Source of the DNA: Gammaproteobacteria bacterium
GTDB taxonomy: Bacteria; Pseudomonadota; Gammaproteobacteria; Tenderiales; Tenderiaceae
Assembly: GCA_024277755.1 (NCBI GenBank)
Contig: JAJRUN010000005.1
Location: 2,298 to 66,297 of the forward strand
Length of the DNA stretch: 64,000 nucleotides
Direction: 5' to 3'
Part shown: piece after piece, positions 30,710 through 41,666 of the stretch
How positions within the stretch are numbered: the stretch's first letter is position 1
Layout: each line of letters starts with the position of its first letter
The notes under the pieces: generated by a model
Seen by the model: only the letters and a program-made list of their open reading frames with translations
The model's database searches: none
Told to the model about the DNA's origin: nothing
Program-made: the position numbers and the translations under genes

Positions 30710-33700
30710 TTAGCCTACCATCTGAACGGCTTCTTCAACATCAACCGCCACCATACGTGACACCCCTGGCTCGTGCATGGTGACACCGGTGAGGTGTTCA
30801 GACATTTCCATGGTTGTTTTATTATGTGTGATAAATATGAACTGAACCTTTGCCGACATTTCTTTCACCATCTTGCAAAAACGGCCTACGTTAGCTTCAT
30901 CCAGTGGTGCATCCACCTCATCCAACATACAAAATGGTGCTGGATTCAGCTGAAAGATTGAAAATACCAAAGCCACCGCAGTCAGCGCTTTTTCACCACC
31001 GGAAAGCATGTGAATACTTGAATTACGTTTACCTGGCGGACGCGCCATTACCGCCACCCCCGTATCCAGCAGGTCATCACTGGTGAGTTCAAGGTAGGCA
31101 TGGCCACCACCGAACAGGCGTGGAAACAACTCTTTAACCCCTGAGTTAACCTTGTCGTAGGTATCTTTGAAACGGGTGCGGGTCTCTTTATCTATTTTGC
31201 GAATGGCATTTTCAAGTGTATTCAATGCATCGGTAAGATCCTCATTCTGCTTATCCAAATATGTTTTACGTTCGGACTGCTCTTCAAATTCTTCAATCGC
31301 GGCAAGATTAATAGCTCCCAGGCGCTGAATGCGTTGACCAATTTCACTGACCTGTTGTTGCCACTGCTGTTCACTGGCATCACCCGGTAGTTGCATCAAT
31401 ACCTCCTGCATCACCAAGCCTGTTTCGGCAAACTGTTCTTCCACTGTTTGGCAACGCACTCTAAATTCCTGGCTGCCCATGCGTTGTTTTTCAAGATTAG
31501 AACGAATTTGTTGGGATCGCTGCTCAGCTTGATTGCGTTCATCATTCAGCTCACGCATGGCATGATCAAGCTCTTCAACGACACGGCGCGCCAACTGTAA
31601 TGCTTCTTCAACAGCAAGACGCTTTGCCAACAGTTCTTCCAATTCAACAACCATATCTTCAAGCGGATTAGCCTCGCCCTGTAGCTGGTTTTTCAGCTCG
31701 TCACGACGTCTATCCAAATGACTCAGCTGCGTCTGCATACGTTCAAGACGTTGCTGTGTGCCGTCCAGTTGGGCACGTATAGATTGTAGTTTCAACGCAA
31801 TTTCATGGGCACGTTCACTGTCTTCCCGCGCTTGCTGACGACATTGATCAAGACGCTGGCGCAGCTCATTGCGCTGCTGACTCAGGTCGTGGCGGGTCTG
31901 CTCAAAATGTTCAGTCTTGGAAAGTGCTACATCAAGCCGGGCGCGCATTTCCGATAATGACTCTTCTGATGTCAGCCGTTGCTGACGCAGATCAGCTATA
32001 TCTGTTTCAAGCCGCTGTTTGCGGTTATGAAATTGTTGCAATCTTTCCTGACGTGCGCTCAATTGTGAATCTATCTGCGCCTTGGCTTGTGTGGTCTGAT
32101 TCAAACTGCTTTGCAGTTCTTCACGACCCCGTTCAAATTCCTGTTGCCGGGCACGGCTTTGTTGCAAGGTTTCCTGCAACTCTTCAACCCGCGCTGCGGT
32201 TTCTTCAATATCGGTCTCGAGTATCTTCAGTTCCTGCTCACGCTGCAAGACACCCGCCTTTTCATCAAAATCACGCGCCACGCGCAACCAGTCACGTCCA
32301 AGCCAAATACCATCGCAGGTAATAATTGATTCATTTGCCTTGATTTGGCCACGCAGCGACAAGGCCTGTTCAAGCGAATCAGCGGCGTAGATTCCGCCCA
32401 GAAACGAAGCCATGGAACAGTCTGACGTCACCTTGTCCAATAAAGCAACACCCGCAGAACCAGTCTCAGCAGCAACAGCGGCTGTTTGTGTATCAAAAAC
32501 AGTTAAGGCACCCTGATCAAGGTCACTCAAGGCATTGGCAACCGCATCCAGTCCTTCAACACACACAGACTCAAGGTTCAGCCCAAGCGCAACCTCCACT
32601 GCCTGTTCCCAGCCTGACTCTACTGTGATGTTCTGCGCCAGTCGGCTGGCATTGTCCAGCCCGTTGGATTTGAGCCAGGCATTGATCTTGTGATTACCCT
32701 TACCCAGGGCCTGCTGCTGCAAGGCTTCAAGCGAAGCGAGACGGCCGCGCATACTTTGCTGACGGCTGCGCTCAGCATCCAGTTCACCGCTTAAGGTTTG
32801 ACTGTGCTCACGCTCATGCCGAATATGTTCAACTTGCTGTTCTACTTCATGGTGCAATTGACCCAGCTGCTCTTCACGCTGATCACGTTCTTGTTGCAGC
32901 GCCTCAATCTCTGTTTCAAGACTGCCTGGTGATAGCAGGCCAAGTTCATCATCAATCCGTTGGATACGTTGATTAAGTTGGTTGAGGCTCTGCTCCTGAT
33001 GCTGGATGCGGGTCTTTTCCACCTCGGCAACACGAATATGTTCTGATGAAGTCTGATTAAACTCATCCCACTGCTGCTGCCAGGCCTGCATCGATTCTTC
33101 CGCCGCGCTCAACATCGCTGAAGATTCGCTTTCTTTATCGCGATAGAGCAACAGCTCTACTTCATTGGCCTCAAGCGACATGGTCAACTCTTCCACAGCA
33201 GAGCGATCATTTTGAAAATGCTCGGTGGCCTCGGTCCAGGCCTCTTCCACCTCTCTCATGTCACGTTCCTGTTTTGAACGGGTATCTTTAAGATGCTGAA
33301 TGGTTTGTTCCAGGCGCGCTATTTCAGATCCCAGGGCATAATAATCACCCTGAACCTGATTGAATTTTTCATTGCTCTCGGTTTGATGTTCGCGCTGCGA
33401 CTCAATTGCTGCTTCAATGCCACGCTGTTCAGCAATCTGAGCCTCCAGCGCCGTTTCCTGTGCCTGAATCTGTTTGTCACGCTCCTGCACTGTGTTATCC
33501 AGATTAGAAAATTTCAGCGCCAGCAATTCAGCCTTGAGTTTGCGTTCATCTTCTTTAAATGCTTTATATTTTGCTGCCGTATTGGCTTGACGTTGCAGCG
33601 TTGCCAAACGCTTGCCCAGCTCTTCACGCAGATCATCAATACGTTCCAAATTCTCACGACTGTGCTTGATACGGTTTTCGGTTTCGCGGCGCCGCTCTTT

Positions 33701-34219
33701 ATATTTAGAGATGCCAGCGGCCTCTTCAATAAAGACACGCAGTTCTTCCGGCTTGGCTTCGATCAGACGAGAGATGGTGCCCTGTTCGATGATGGCGTAG
33801 CTGCGAGGCCCCAGACCGGTACCAAGAAAAATGTCGGTAATATCACGCCGCCGACAGCGTGAGCCATTGAGGTAATAGTTTGACTGCCCGTCACGCGTGA
33901 CCTGACGTTTAACCGAAATCTCGTTGTAAGAGGCATATTCGCCACCCAACCTACCCTCAGTATTTTCAAACACCAGTTCAACCGTGGCCTGCCCCACGGG
34001 CTTGCGTGCAGTTGAGCCATTAAAGATGACATCCGCCATGGAATCACCACGCAGGTTCTTGGCCGAGCTTTCACCCATCACCCAGCGAACCGCATCAATG
34101 GTGTTGGATTTACCACAGCCATTCGGGCCAACAATACCAATCATATTACTGGGCATAGGAATGGTGGTGGGGTCAACAAACGACTTAAAACCCGCCAGTT
34201 TAATATTCTTCAGACGCAT
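30710..34219 (-). CDS. smc: Chromosome segregation protein SMC
   Basis: 1169 aa. Walker A is GPNGCGKSN. It has long coiled coils, a hinge, the signature LSGGEKALTAVAL and Walker B FCMLDEVDAPLD. Confidence 0.95.
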   Translation of the reverse strand: MRLKNIKLAGFKSFVDPTTIPMPSNMIGIVGPNGCGKSNTIDAVRWVMGESSAKNLRGDSMADVIFNGSTARKPVGQATVELVFENTEGRLGGEYASYNEISVKRQVTRDGQSNYYLNGSRCRRRDITDIFLGTGLGPRSYAIIEQGTISRLIEAKPEELRVFIEEAAGISKYKERRRETENRIKHSRENLERIDDLREELGKRLATLQRQANTAAKYKAFKEDERKLKAELLALKFSNLDNTVQERDKQIQAQETALEAQIAEQRGIEAAIESQREHQTESNEKFNQVQGDYYALGSEIARLEQTIQHLKDTRSKQERDMREVEEAWTEATEHFQNDRSAVEELTMSLEANEVELLLYRDKESESSAMLSAAEESMQAWQQQWDEFNQTSSEHIRVAEVEKTRIQHQEQSLNQLNQRIQRIDDELGLLSPGSLETEIEALQQERDQREEQLGQLHHEVEQQVEHIRHEREHSQTLSGELDAERSRQQSMRGRLASLEALQQQALGKGNHKINAWLKSNGLDNASRLAQNITVESGWEQAVEVALGLNLESVCVEGLDAVANALSDLDQGALTVFDTQTAAVAAETGSAGVALLDKVTSDCSMASFLGGIYAADSLEQALSLRGQIKANESIITCDGIWLGRDWLRVARDFDEKAGVLQREQELKILETDIEETAARVEELQETLQQSRARQQEFERGREELQSSLNQTTQAKAQIDSQLSARQERLQQFHNRKQRLETDIADLRQQRLTSEESLSEMRARLDVALSKTEHFEQTRHDLSQQRNELRQRLDQCRQQAREDSERAHEIALKLQSIRAQLDGTQQRLERMQTQLSHLDRRRDELKNQLQGEANPLEDMVVELEELLAKRLAVEEALQLARRVVEELDHAMRELNDERNQAEQRSQQIRSNLEKQRMGSQEFRVRCQTVEEQFAETGLVMQEVLMQLPGDASEQQWQQQVSEIGQRIQRLGAINLAAIEEFEEQSERKTYLDKQNEDLTDALNTLENAIRKIDKETRTRFKDTYDKVNSGVKELFPRLFGGGHAYLELTSDDLLDTGVAVMARPPGKRNSSIHMLSGGEKALTAVALVFSIFQLNPAPFCMLDEVDAPLDEANVGRFCKMVKEMSAKVQFIFITHNKTTMEMSEHLTGVTMHEPGVSRMVAVDVEEAVQMVG

Positions 34220-34361
34220 TGGTAATAACCTTCAGATGAAACTCTAGCCGCTTCGCGTTAAAATACCGCCCGATCATACCAGACCTGAGCCTTGAAGCCA
34301 GACTAGCAACATCAATAATTCAATTTAAAAACAACCGCTAACCTATTGAGTTTTAATAAAT

Positions 34362-34751
34362 ATGTCAACAATACCAACAAAAGAACTGGAAACATTCGAC
34401 AATCCAATGCCGGAGCGTGATTACACCATCCGCATCGATGTGCCTGAGTTTACCTGCCTCTGCCCTAAAACCGGCCAGCCTGATTTTGCTACATTCAAAA
34501 TCGAATATGTGGCCGACAAACAGTGTGTTGAACTCAAGGCCCTGAAAATGTACATGTGGTCATTCCGTGAGGAAGGTGCCTTTCATGAAAAGGTCACCAA
34601 CGACATCCTCAGCGATCTGGTAGCCGCCACTCAACCACGCTTCATGCGCCTGACCGGCGTCTTCAATGTCCGTGGCGGCATCTACACCACCGTTGTGGCT
34701 GAACATCGCCATCCTGACTGGACTCCAGCGGCTCCAGTTACCCTGCCCTAG
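34362..34751 (+). CDS. queF: NADPH-dependent 7-cyano-7-deazaguanine reductase, unimodular (type I)
   Basis: 129 aa. Catalytic-Cys region [14 protein letters not shown] and QueF motif [13 protein letters not shown]. Confidence 0.9.
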   Translation: MSTIPTKELETFDNPMPERDYTIRIDVPEFTCLCPKTGQPDFATFKIEYVADKQCVELKALKMYMWSFREEGAFHEKVTNDILSDLVAATQPRFMRLTGVFNVRGGIYTTVVAEHRHPDWTPAAPVTLP

Positions 34752-34763
34752 AAAGACTGCTGA

Positions 34764-36050
34764 ATGAGCCAGACGCTCTTCGTTGGTATCGACCTGGGCA
34801 CATCGGGCTGCCGTGCTATCGCCATCAATGGTGACGGACAGCCAGTTGCCCAGGCAACCACGTCAATACCAGCCCCCATTCGGGATGGCAAGCGGGTCGA
34901 ACAAGATGCCAGCATCTGGTGGCAGGCCGTGCAAGAAACCATACACGGGCTACTCGCCCAGGTTCAGGTTGAATCAATAAAGGGTATTGCCGTAGATGGC
35001 ACATCTGGCACCCTGCTATTGGTCGATGACAAGGGTGAGCCACTCGCCCCGGCTCTGATGTACAACGATGGTCGCAGTCAGGCCGAAGCATTACGCATCG
35101 ACAAAGTAGCCCCACAACAATCAGCGGCTCATGGCGCAACATCGGCGCTGGCAAAATTATTACATCTTCAATCCGGTCCCGAGGTACATTATGCCCTGCA
35201 TCAGGCTGACTGGATTAGCGGCAAACTGAGTGGCCAATGGGGGAGCAGTGATGAAAACAACTGTTTGAAGCTCGGCTTTGATGCCATCAATAACGGCTGG
35301 CCAGCGTGGTTGGAACAATTGGGCGTGAATCAGACAATCCTGCCCAAGGTCTATCAACCCGGCACCGCCGTGGCAACCATTAGTCCGAAAATTGCCCAGC
35401 AATTTAAGTTGTCACGGGCAACACAGATAATTGCCGGCACCACCGACAGCACCGCCGCCTTCATTGCCACAGGTGCCAACCAGGTCGGTGAGGCAGTCAC
35501 TTCGCTGGGGTCTACCCTGGTGATGAAGGTGATTAGTGATCGGCCCATATTTTCACCCAGGCACGGTGTATATTCCCAACCGCTGGCTGGCCGATGGTTG
35601 GTGGGTGGCAGCTCAAACAGTGGTGGTGCAGTATTGCAGCATTACTTTAGCCAGCAACAATTAACCGAGATGACGGCGCAACTAAAACCAGACCATGCCA
35701 CCGGGCTCAACTATTATCCGCTGATCAACCCGGGCGAACGTTTTCCCATTGCTGATAGTCGTAAGCCTCCCTGTCTGTCACCACGACCAGAAGATGACGT
35801 GGTATTTTTTCAGGCTATGCTTGAGAGTATGGCCCGCATCGAGCAACAAGGCTACCAGTTGCTGGCAGAGCTGGGCGCACCCTATCCCAGCAATGTTCGC
35901 AGTGCAGGCGGCGGCAGTGCTAATCCGGCATGGACTAAAATACGCCAAACCCTGCTCGGCATTCCCATGCTTGAAGCGCAACATCAGCAAGCCGCCTATG
36001 GCAGTGCACTACTGGCACGTCAGGGCTATTTAGACAAACCAGGAATTTAA
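34764..36050 (+). CDS. FGGY-family carbohydrate kinase
   Basis: 428 aa. N-terminal actin-fold phosphate motif FVGIDLGTSGCRA, plus GTTDSTAAF and GGGSANPAW in the C-terminal domain. The substrate cannot be told from the sequence. Confidence 0.8.
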   Translation: MSQTLFVGIDLGTSGCRAIAINGDGQPVAQATTSIPAPIRDGKRVEQDASIWWQAVQETIHGLLAQVQVESIKGIAVDGTSGTLLLVDDKGEPLAPALMYNDGRSQAEALRIDKVAPQQSAAHGATSALAKLLHLQSGPEVHYALHQADWISGKLSGQWGSSDENNCLKLGFDAINNGWPAWLEQLGVNQTILPKVYQPGTAVATISPKIAQQFKLSRATQIIAGTTDSTAAFIATGANQVGEAVTSLGSTLVMKVISDRPIFSPRHGVYSQPLAGRWLVGGSSNSGGAVLQHYFSQQQLTEMTAQLKPDHATGLNYYPLINPGERFPIADSRKPPCLSPRPEDDVVFFQAMLESMARIEQQGYQLLAELGAPYPSNVRSAGGGSANPAWTKIRQTLLGIPMLEAQHQQAAYGSALLARQGYLDKPGI

Positions 36051-36052
36051 CC

Positions 36053-36772
36053 ATGAACCCATTTATCGGCCTGATATACATCTTCAAGGGCTTTAACCTG
36101 ATTCGCCGACCCGGCCTGCGCCGCTTTGTACTGATCCCACTATTGGTCAATATTATTTTATTTGCTGGCGGCATCTGGCTAGCGGGCAGTTATTTTGCAG
36201 GGCTGATGGCCATATTACTGCCACAGGGGTTTGGCTGGCTGGAATGGTTACTCTGGCCCATATTCGGTTTGGCTCTGCTGTTAACCATGTTCTATAGCTT
36301 CACCCTGATCGCCAACTTTATCTGTGCGCCATTCAATGGCCTGCTGGCCGAGGCGGTCGAACTGGAACTCAAGGGAGAAATTGAAAGCAGCGATATCAGT
36401 CTGATGCAGGCACTCAAAGATACGCCAAAGTCACTCTGGAGCGAGGTGCGCAAACTGGGCTACTTCCTCAGCCGCGCCATCCCGCTGTTGATACTTTTTC
36501 TCATTCCGGTACTAAACATTGCCGCACCCTTTCTGTGGATTGCCTTCAGCGCTGCATTGCTGGCAAGAGAATATTTCGACTACCCCATGGCCAATCATGG
36601 CCAGAACTTTCAGCAGCAACGTCAAATATTAAAACAACATCGTTTCAGCAGTCTCAGTTTTGGCGCTGGCATTATGTTTTTAACCATGATCCCGGTGGTT
36701 AACTTCATTGTCATGCCGTTGGCCGTTGCCGGTGCCACGGCCATGTATCTTGAACGCATTAGAAAATCCTAA
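36053..36772 (+). CDS. cysZ: Sulfate transporter CysZ
   Basis: 239 aa. It is CysZ-like from the N-terminus (GLIYIFKGFNLIRRPGLRRFVLIPLLVNIILF) through EYFDYPM. Confidence 0.85.
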   Translation: MNPFIGLIYIFKGFNLIRRPGLRRFVLIPLLVNIILFAGGIWLAGSYFAGLMAILLPQGFGWLEWLLWPIFGLALLLTMFYSFTLIANFICAPFNGLLAEAVELELKGEIESSDISLMQALKDTPKSLWSEVRKLGYFLSRAIPLLILFLIPVLNIAAPFLWIAFSAALLAREYFDYPMANHGQNFQQQRQILKQHRFSSLSFGAGIMFLTMIPVVNFIVMPLAVAGATAMYLERIRKS

Positions 36773-37055
36773 AATAAGACAAGCTTTCATATCGTAAAAA
36801 TGCTACAATTCGGCTCCGTTATTTATCGCAATAGCTACCGCTCATATTACGAGCCTGTCGAGCTTAGGCGATCATCACGACAAAGTGAGCCGGTTCGAGT
36901 CAGATTTATCTGGGATTTGTTTGGGTATGTGGCAATGCTGCATAGTTAAGTATTTTCGGAAAACCCGGCGCTAGCAACTTGCCGTGATCGATCCCCCACT
37001 TCGATAACTCCCTAAGGGTGTCGCCTATTGCCTCTAGCTGCAAAGGTGCCGCACT

Positions 37056-38849
37056 ATGTCTGATCCAAAAATTTCTGCCCCAGCATTTTCCGAGTTGGGA
37101 CTCATTCAACCGCTAGTCGATATTCTAAAAGAGGTGGGTTATGAAACTCCCTCACCCATCCAGGCAGAAACCATCCCGCTTTTGCTGGCAGGAAAAGATC
37201 TTATCGGTCAGGCGCAAACTGGCACAGGCAAGACCGCCGCCTTTGCCTTGCCCTTAATATCCAACATCGAGTTAAAAAAGCTTGAACCACAAGTTTTAGT
37301 ATTGGCACCAACCCGCGAGCTAGCTATTCAGGTTGCCGAAGCTTTCCAAAAATACGCATCAAAGATGAAGGGCTTCCACGTTGCGCCAATCTACGGCGGT
37401 CAAAGCTATGAAGGTCAAATTCGCCAACTTAAACGAGGCTGTCACGTGGTGGTTGGCACGCCAGGCCGTGTCATGGATCACATGCGCAAAGGCACCCTGA
37501 AACTTAAAGGCCTAACCGCACTGGTACTCGATGAAGCCGACGAAATGTTACGCATGGGCTTTATCGATGATGTCGAATGGGTTTTAGAACAGACCCCGCC
37601 AACACGCCAAATCGCCTTATTTTCAGCCACCATGCCTGCGGTAATTCGTAAGATCGCCGACAAGCATTTAAATGAGCCAGAGCATGTCACCATCAAGGTT
37701 AAAACCACCACGGCTGAAACCATTCGACAACGCTACTGGATGGTTAGCGGCCATCACAAACTCGACGCCCTAACCCGCCTGCTTGAAGCAGAAACCTTTG
37801 ATGGCATGATCATATTTGTTCGCACCAAGAATGCAGCCGTCGAATTATCAGAAAAATTGGAAGCACGCGGTTACGCATCATCGCCACTGACAGGCGATCT
37901 GGACCAAAAAATGCGCGAACGCACTGTCGATAGACTCAAAAAAGGCAAACTGGATATCCTGGTAGCTACCGACGTGGTCGCCCGTGGCCTTGACGTAGAG
38001 CGCATCACCCACGTCATCAATTATGACGTCCCCTACGATACTGAATCATACACTCATCGTGTTGGTCGTACGGGTCGTGCCGGACGTAAGGGTGATGCCA
38101 TCCTGTTTATTGCACCACGCGAACAACGCATGCTCAGCAGCATCGAGCGTGCTACGCGCCAAAAAATTGAAAAGCTTGAACTGCCTTCGAACGAAGTCAT
38201 CAATGACAAACGTATTGAACGTTTCAATCAGCGTATCACTGATACATTAAGTGCTGGTTATGACATGGAGTTTTTCCAGAAGCTGATGGAAAACTACCAG
38301 CAAGAACACAACATTCCAGCCATAGAAATTGCTGCAGCGTTGGCCAAATTGGTCCAAGGCAAACAGCCCTTGCTGATGCAAAACAAACCACCCCAGGAAC
38401 CACGCGAAAAGAAAGCCTTCAACCATCGTGAACGTCCTGAAAGACCATCACGCTCTGACAGGTCTCGTTCAAACAGAGCCCGCCCAACATCTGATCGCCC
38501 CAGAAAATCACGTCCGGCGGAAGAAGGCATGGAGCGTTATCGGGTTGAGGTTGGTCATAACGACAAAGTTAAACCTGGCAACATTGTTGGCGCTATCGCC
38601 AATGAAGGTGGGCTTGATAGCGAATACATCGGTCGCATTGATATCCATGATGACTACAGCACTGTTGATCTACCTGCTGGCATGCCTAAAGATATTTTTC
38701 AGGACTTGCAGAAAACCCGTGTTGCAGGCAAACAGATTAGGCTTTCAAAACTGAGTGAAGAAAGGCCTGCCAAAAAAGACTACAAGCCCAAGACTGATAA
38801 AGCAAACAGCGGCGACAAACCGTTAAAGCGCAAAAAGCCTAAGTCATAA
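37056..38849 (+). CDS. deaD: DEAD-box ATP-dependent RNA helicase DeaD/CsdA
   Basis: 597 aa. It has the Q motif, AQTGTGKT, DEAD (VLDEADEM), SAT, HRVGRTGRAG, and a C-terminal DbpA-like RNA-binding domain with a basic tail. An untranslated gap of about 280 bp lies upstream. Confidence 0.93.
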   Translation: MSDPKISAPAFSELGLIQPLVDILKEVGYETPSPIQAETIPLLLAGKDLIGQAQTGTGKTAAFALPLISNIELKKLEPQVLVLAPTRELAIQVAEAFQKYASKMKGFHVAPIYGGQSYEGQIRQLKRGCHVVVGTPGRVMDHMRKGTLKLKGLTALVLDEADEMLRMGFIDDVEWVLEQTPPTRQIALFSATMPAVIRKIADKHLNEPEHVTIKVKTTTAETIRQRYWMVSGHHKLDALTRLLEAETFDGMIIFVRTKNAAVELSEKLEARGYASSPLTGDLDQKMRERTVDRLKKGKLDILVATDVVARGLDVERITHVINYDVPYDTESYTHRVGRTGRAGRKGDAILFIAPREQRMLSSIERATRQKIEKLELPSNEVINDKRIERFNQRITDTLSAGYDMEFFQKLMENYQQEHNIPAIEIAAALAKLVQGKQPLLMQNKPPQEPREKKAFNHRERPERPSRSDRSRSNRARPTSDRPRKSRPAEEGMERYRVEVGHNDKVKPGNIVGAIANEGGLDSEYIGRIDIHDDYSTVDLPAGMPKDIFQDLQKTRVAGKQIRLSKLSEERPAKKDYKPKTDKANSGDKPLKRKKPKS

Positions 38850-38874
38850 CAGCAATTTCACACCGACCAGCTAT

Positions 38875-39627
38875 TTATTGAATCAGGCGGAATGAGTTGA
38901 TAATACTGGCCAAATCCTGCTTTAGCCCAAGGGTGAGATAATCACCCTTGGGCACTTGGGTTGCGGTGACAACATACGCATAGCCGTTGGCGATAGCAAA
39001 TTTTTGAAACTGATACAACGGTGCCCCGAACATATAATTCATCGTTACGATTACACCGCCATTGGTTTCGGAATCGACACTGGATGAAATTACTTCTATG
39101 CCAAGCATGGCGTAATTTGATTTAGTGTAAGCCATGTAATCTGCAATCGAAATCTGACCGACACTTTCAACCATGACATTAATATTGGGTGCAACACCGT
39201 CAACTATATTAGTCGAAAATATAGCAATCGGCGCCTCAACCGAGCCAGAAACCCCTACACTCTCAAGCATTTGCGCACCAAAATTTTCATCCGGCCGCCA
39301 AGCTTTATTATTTGGCCAGCTGATTTGAAAGCCATATTCAGTATTCACGTAAGTAGTATTTTGAACCCCGGTAACTGCTTGCGGTGTAGATAATACGGGA
39401 ACAACCGACACTTCAGTTCTACCAATAGGTGTTTCGAAGGTTTTGACTTCGGCCTTGATCTCAAGACCTGAGCGGGTGATCTTTACATCGGAAGTGCGAT
39501 CAAGCAGCCCTCCCAACTCAATCTTGAATATCAGCATGAATGAAATAGCGACAACACCAAACACTAGCCACTTCACTGGAAACTGTGTCGTGCGCCCTTC
39601 CGATTGTTTTGCTGGTTCTCCAGACAT
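38875..39627 (-). CDS. Hypothetical membrane-anchored protein
   Basis: 250 aa. It has a single N-terminal TM (WLVFGVVAISFMLIF). The extracytoplasmic domain contains GFQISWPNNKAW and alternating beta-like segments. I tentatively see a PsbP/DcrB/DUF1795-like fold, with no confident family call. Confidence 0.55.
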   Translation of the reverse strand: MSGEPAKQSEGRTTQFPVKWLVFGVVAISFMLIFKIELGGLLDRTSDVKITRSGLEIKAEVKTFETPIGRTEVSVVPVLSTPQAVTGVQNTTYVNTEYGFQISWPNNKAWRPDENFGAQMLESVGVSGSVEAPIAIFSTNIVDGVAPNINVMVESVGQISIADYMAYTKSNYAMLGIEVISSSVDSETNGGVIVTMNYMFGAPLYQFQKFAIANGYAYVVTATQVPKGDYLTLGLKQDLASIINSFRLIQ

Positions 39628-39733
39628 GCACTGTCATCCCTGACTAACGATCCTGGTTCAGCTTACAACATATTTATCTTAATTCAACATTCAAACCTGT
39701 AACCAGCCGCTAACGACTAAACATATCAGCCAA

Positions 39734-40903
39734 TCAGGCCGCTACAAATTTTTGCAACCGCGCCACACCTTCTTCAAGGCGCTCAAGCGATGTCGTGTAG
39801 GCAAAGCGCACATGCTGCTCCGCACCGTTCAATCCAAAGTCTTTACCCGGCGCAACAGCAACCCCTGCCTGCTGCAATAGGTCAAGACAGAACTGATAGC
39901 TATCGTCGTTAAATTGCTTGCAGTTTGCATAAAGATAAAAAGCCCCTTGCGGCGTTACCGGAATATCAAAACCCATTTGTTGCAAGGCAGGCAGCAGATA
40001 ATCACGGCGCTGCTCAAATAGTTGTCGACGCCGCTCAAGCTCTGCCATTGTCTCTGGTTTAAATGCGGCCAGTGCTGCGTACTGGGCAGGAGTTGACGCC
40101 GACAGGAAAATATTCTGGGCAACCCTGTCCAGGCCATCAACATAGGCCTCTGGTGCCACTATCCATCCCAAACGCCATCCGGTCATGCCAAAAAACTTTG
40201 AAAAACTATTGATGACAAAAACATCATCACTGATTGCCAGAGCTGTCTGCTCTTTCACCCCATAGGTCAGACCATGATAAATCTCATCGACAATTATGTG
40301 GCCACCCTTTTGCACAACAAAATCAGCGATTGCGCGCATCTCAGTTTCAGTAATAAGCGTCCCTGTGGGATTGGCCGGTGAGGCAATCATCACCGCTCGG
40401 CTTTTGTTATTCCAATGTTTTTTAATCTGTTCAAGATCAAGCTGATATTCTGTTTCAATATCAACCGGTATAGAAATAACTTCAGCATCGACCAGACGAA
40501 CGAAATTGCGGTTACAGGGATAACCAGGATCAGCCATCAACACTTGCTGGCCTGGGTTGATCAGCGCTGGCATCAACAACTGCAAAGCCCCAGATGAACC
40601 AGGCGTGATCAAAATGCGCTTGGGGTCGACACTGACCTTGTATTTTTGCTGATAAAAATCACTAATCGCCTGGCGTAACTCAGGCAGACCGGCTGCGGGA
40701 GTGTAGTGATGTTTGCCTGCTTTAAGCGCTGCAATACCTGCCTGGACGATAGATACCGGGGTTTCAAAGTCCGGCTCACCTATCTCCATATGAACGATGT
40801 CATGCCCTTTAGCTTCAAGCCGTCTGGCTTGAGCCAGCAGGGCCATCACATGAAACGGCTGAACAGCCGCCATGCGATCAGAAAAATTTACAACATTAGA
40901 CAT
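39734..40903 (-). CDS. Pyridoxal phosphate-dependent aminotransferase (class I, aspartate/aromatic type)
   Basis: The likely start is ATG 40903 (MSNVVNFSDRMAAVQPFHVMALL); the track uses GTG 40924. It has the GEPDF motif and the PLP-lysine motif NSFSKFFGMTGWRLGW. Confidence 0.88.
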   Translation of the reverse strand: MSNVVNFSDRMAAVQPFHVMALLAQARRLEAKGHDIVHMEIGEPDFETPVSIVQAGIAALKAGKHHYTPAAGLPELRQAISDFYQQKYKVSVDPKRILITPGSSGALQLLMPALINPGQQVLMADPGYPCNRNFVRLVDAEVISIPVDIETEYQLDLEQIKKHWNNKSRAVMIASPANPTGTLITETEMRAIADFVVQKGGHIIVDEIYHGLTYGVKEQTALAISDDVFVINSFSKFFGMTGWRLGWIVAPEAYVDGLDRVAQNIFLSASTPAQYAALAAFKPETMAELERRRQLFEQRRDYLLPALQQMGFDIPVTPQGAFYLYANCKQFNDDSYQFCLDLLQQAGVAVAPGKDFGLNGAEQHVRFAYTTSLERLEEGVARLQKFVAA

Positions 40904-41666
40904 TGGCCGCTTGATGCAACTCACGAACCATATCCATATTCAAATAGCGATGCCCACCTGCCTCACCATTGATTACGGTAAAATCTGCGTTTGGCTCACC
41001 CATCTGATCAAGCACAATGGCCGCGCCACTAAAATCATCATGTGCGGTATAACCATTTGTTGTGATCACCGTTGCCAAACGCGCTTGTACAGAGGAACGA
41101 ATACCGTTATAAGAGTCTTCAAAGGCAATACATTGCTCAGGCGGCAAATTCATCGCCTCCATTACATAGTGATAAATATCCGGGGCAGGTTTCTTAGCAG
41201 GCACAATATCACCAGCACCAATCACTTCGAACCACTCCAGCGAATCTGCGCCCAAGGTATAAGTCAGCAGTGCTGTTACATTTTCAGGGGTGGTAGTGGT
41301 GGCAATTGCCAAGCGTAATCCTGCATCCCTCGCCTCCTGGATTAATCGCTCAACCCCTGGGCGCAGTGGAACAGCACCATCTGCCATCAGTTTGGTATAA
41401 AAACTTGTTTTTGCTGCGTGCAGACCAGCAACAAACTCATCGAAATTACCAGGCTTCTGAAATTCAGTATTAAACTTTTCCAGATAGTAACGAATACGTT
41501 CCTTACCCCCTGTGACAGCCAATAATTCGCCATACAATTCAGGCGTCCAGTCCCAACCCAAGCTTGCCTCCTGAAAAGCCAGATTGAAGGCAACACGGTG
41601 TCCATCACGCTCAGTGTCGGCCAACGTGCCGTCAACATCGAAAATCAACGCTGTTAATTCGCTCAT
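40896..41666 (-). CDS. HAD family phosphatase, CbbY-like
   Basis: 256 aa. FDVDGTLADTERDGHRVAFN is typical of CbbY-type HAD phosphatases. It also has TTTTPENV and FEDSYNG. Confidence 0.8.
   Translation of the reverse strand: MSELTALIFDVDGTLADTERDGHRVAFNLAFQEASLGWDWTPELYGELLAVTGGKERIRYYLEKFNTEFQKPGNFDEFVAGLHAAKTSFYTKLMADGAVPLRPGVERLIQEARDAGLRLAIATTTTPENVTALLTYTLGADSLEWFEVIGAGDIVPAKKPAPDIYHYVMEAMNLPPEQCIAFEDSYNGIRSSVQARLATVITTNGYTAHDDFSGAAIVLDQMGEPNADFTVINGEAGGHRYLNMDMVRELHQAANV

Noticed and set aside
33293-33862. 189-aa + strand ORF antisense to smc, with similar shadows at 26310..26876 in ligA, 40872..41318 in the cbbY-like gene and 52686..53390 off-frame in mfd
   Set aside because: Each is fully embedded in a gene with unambiguous full-length homology in another frame or strand. 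Their sequences are Leu/Arg/Ser/Cys-rich and typical of non-coding frames. None has an SD.
34220-34361. Looked for a preQ1 riboswitch upstream of queF
   Set aside because: The gap has CTCTAGC and an A-rich stretch. It has no convincing P1 hairpin plus conserved ACCC...AAAAAACUA arrangement of preQ1-I, so I cannot support a riboswitch call by eye.
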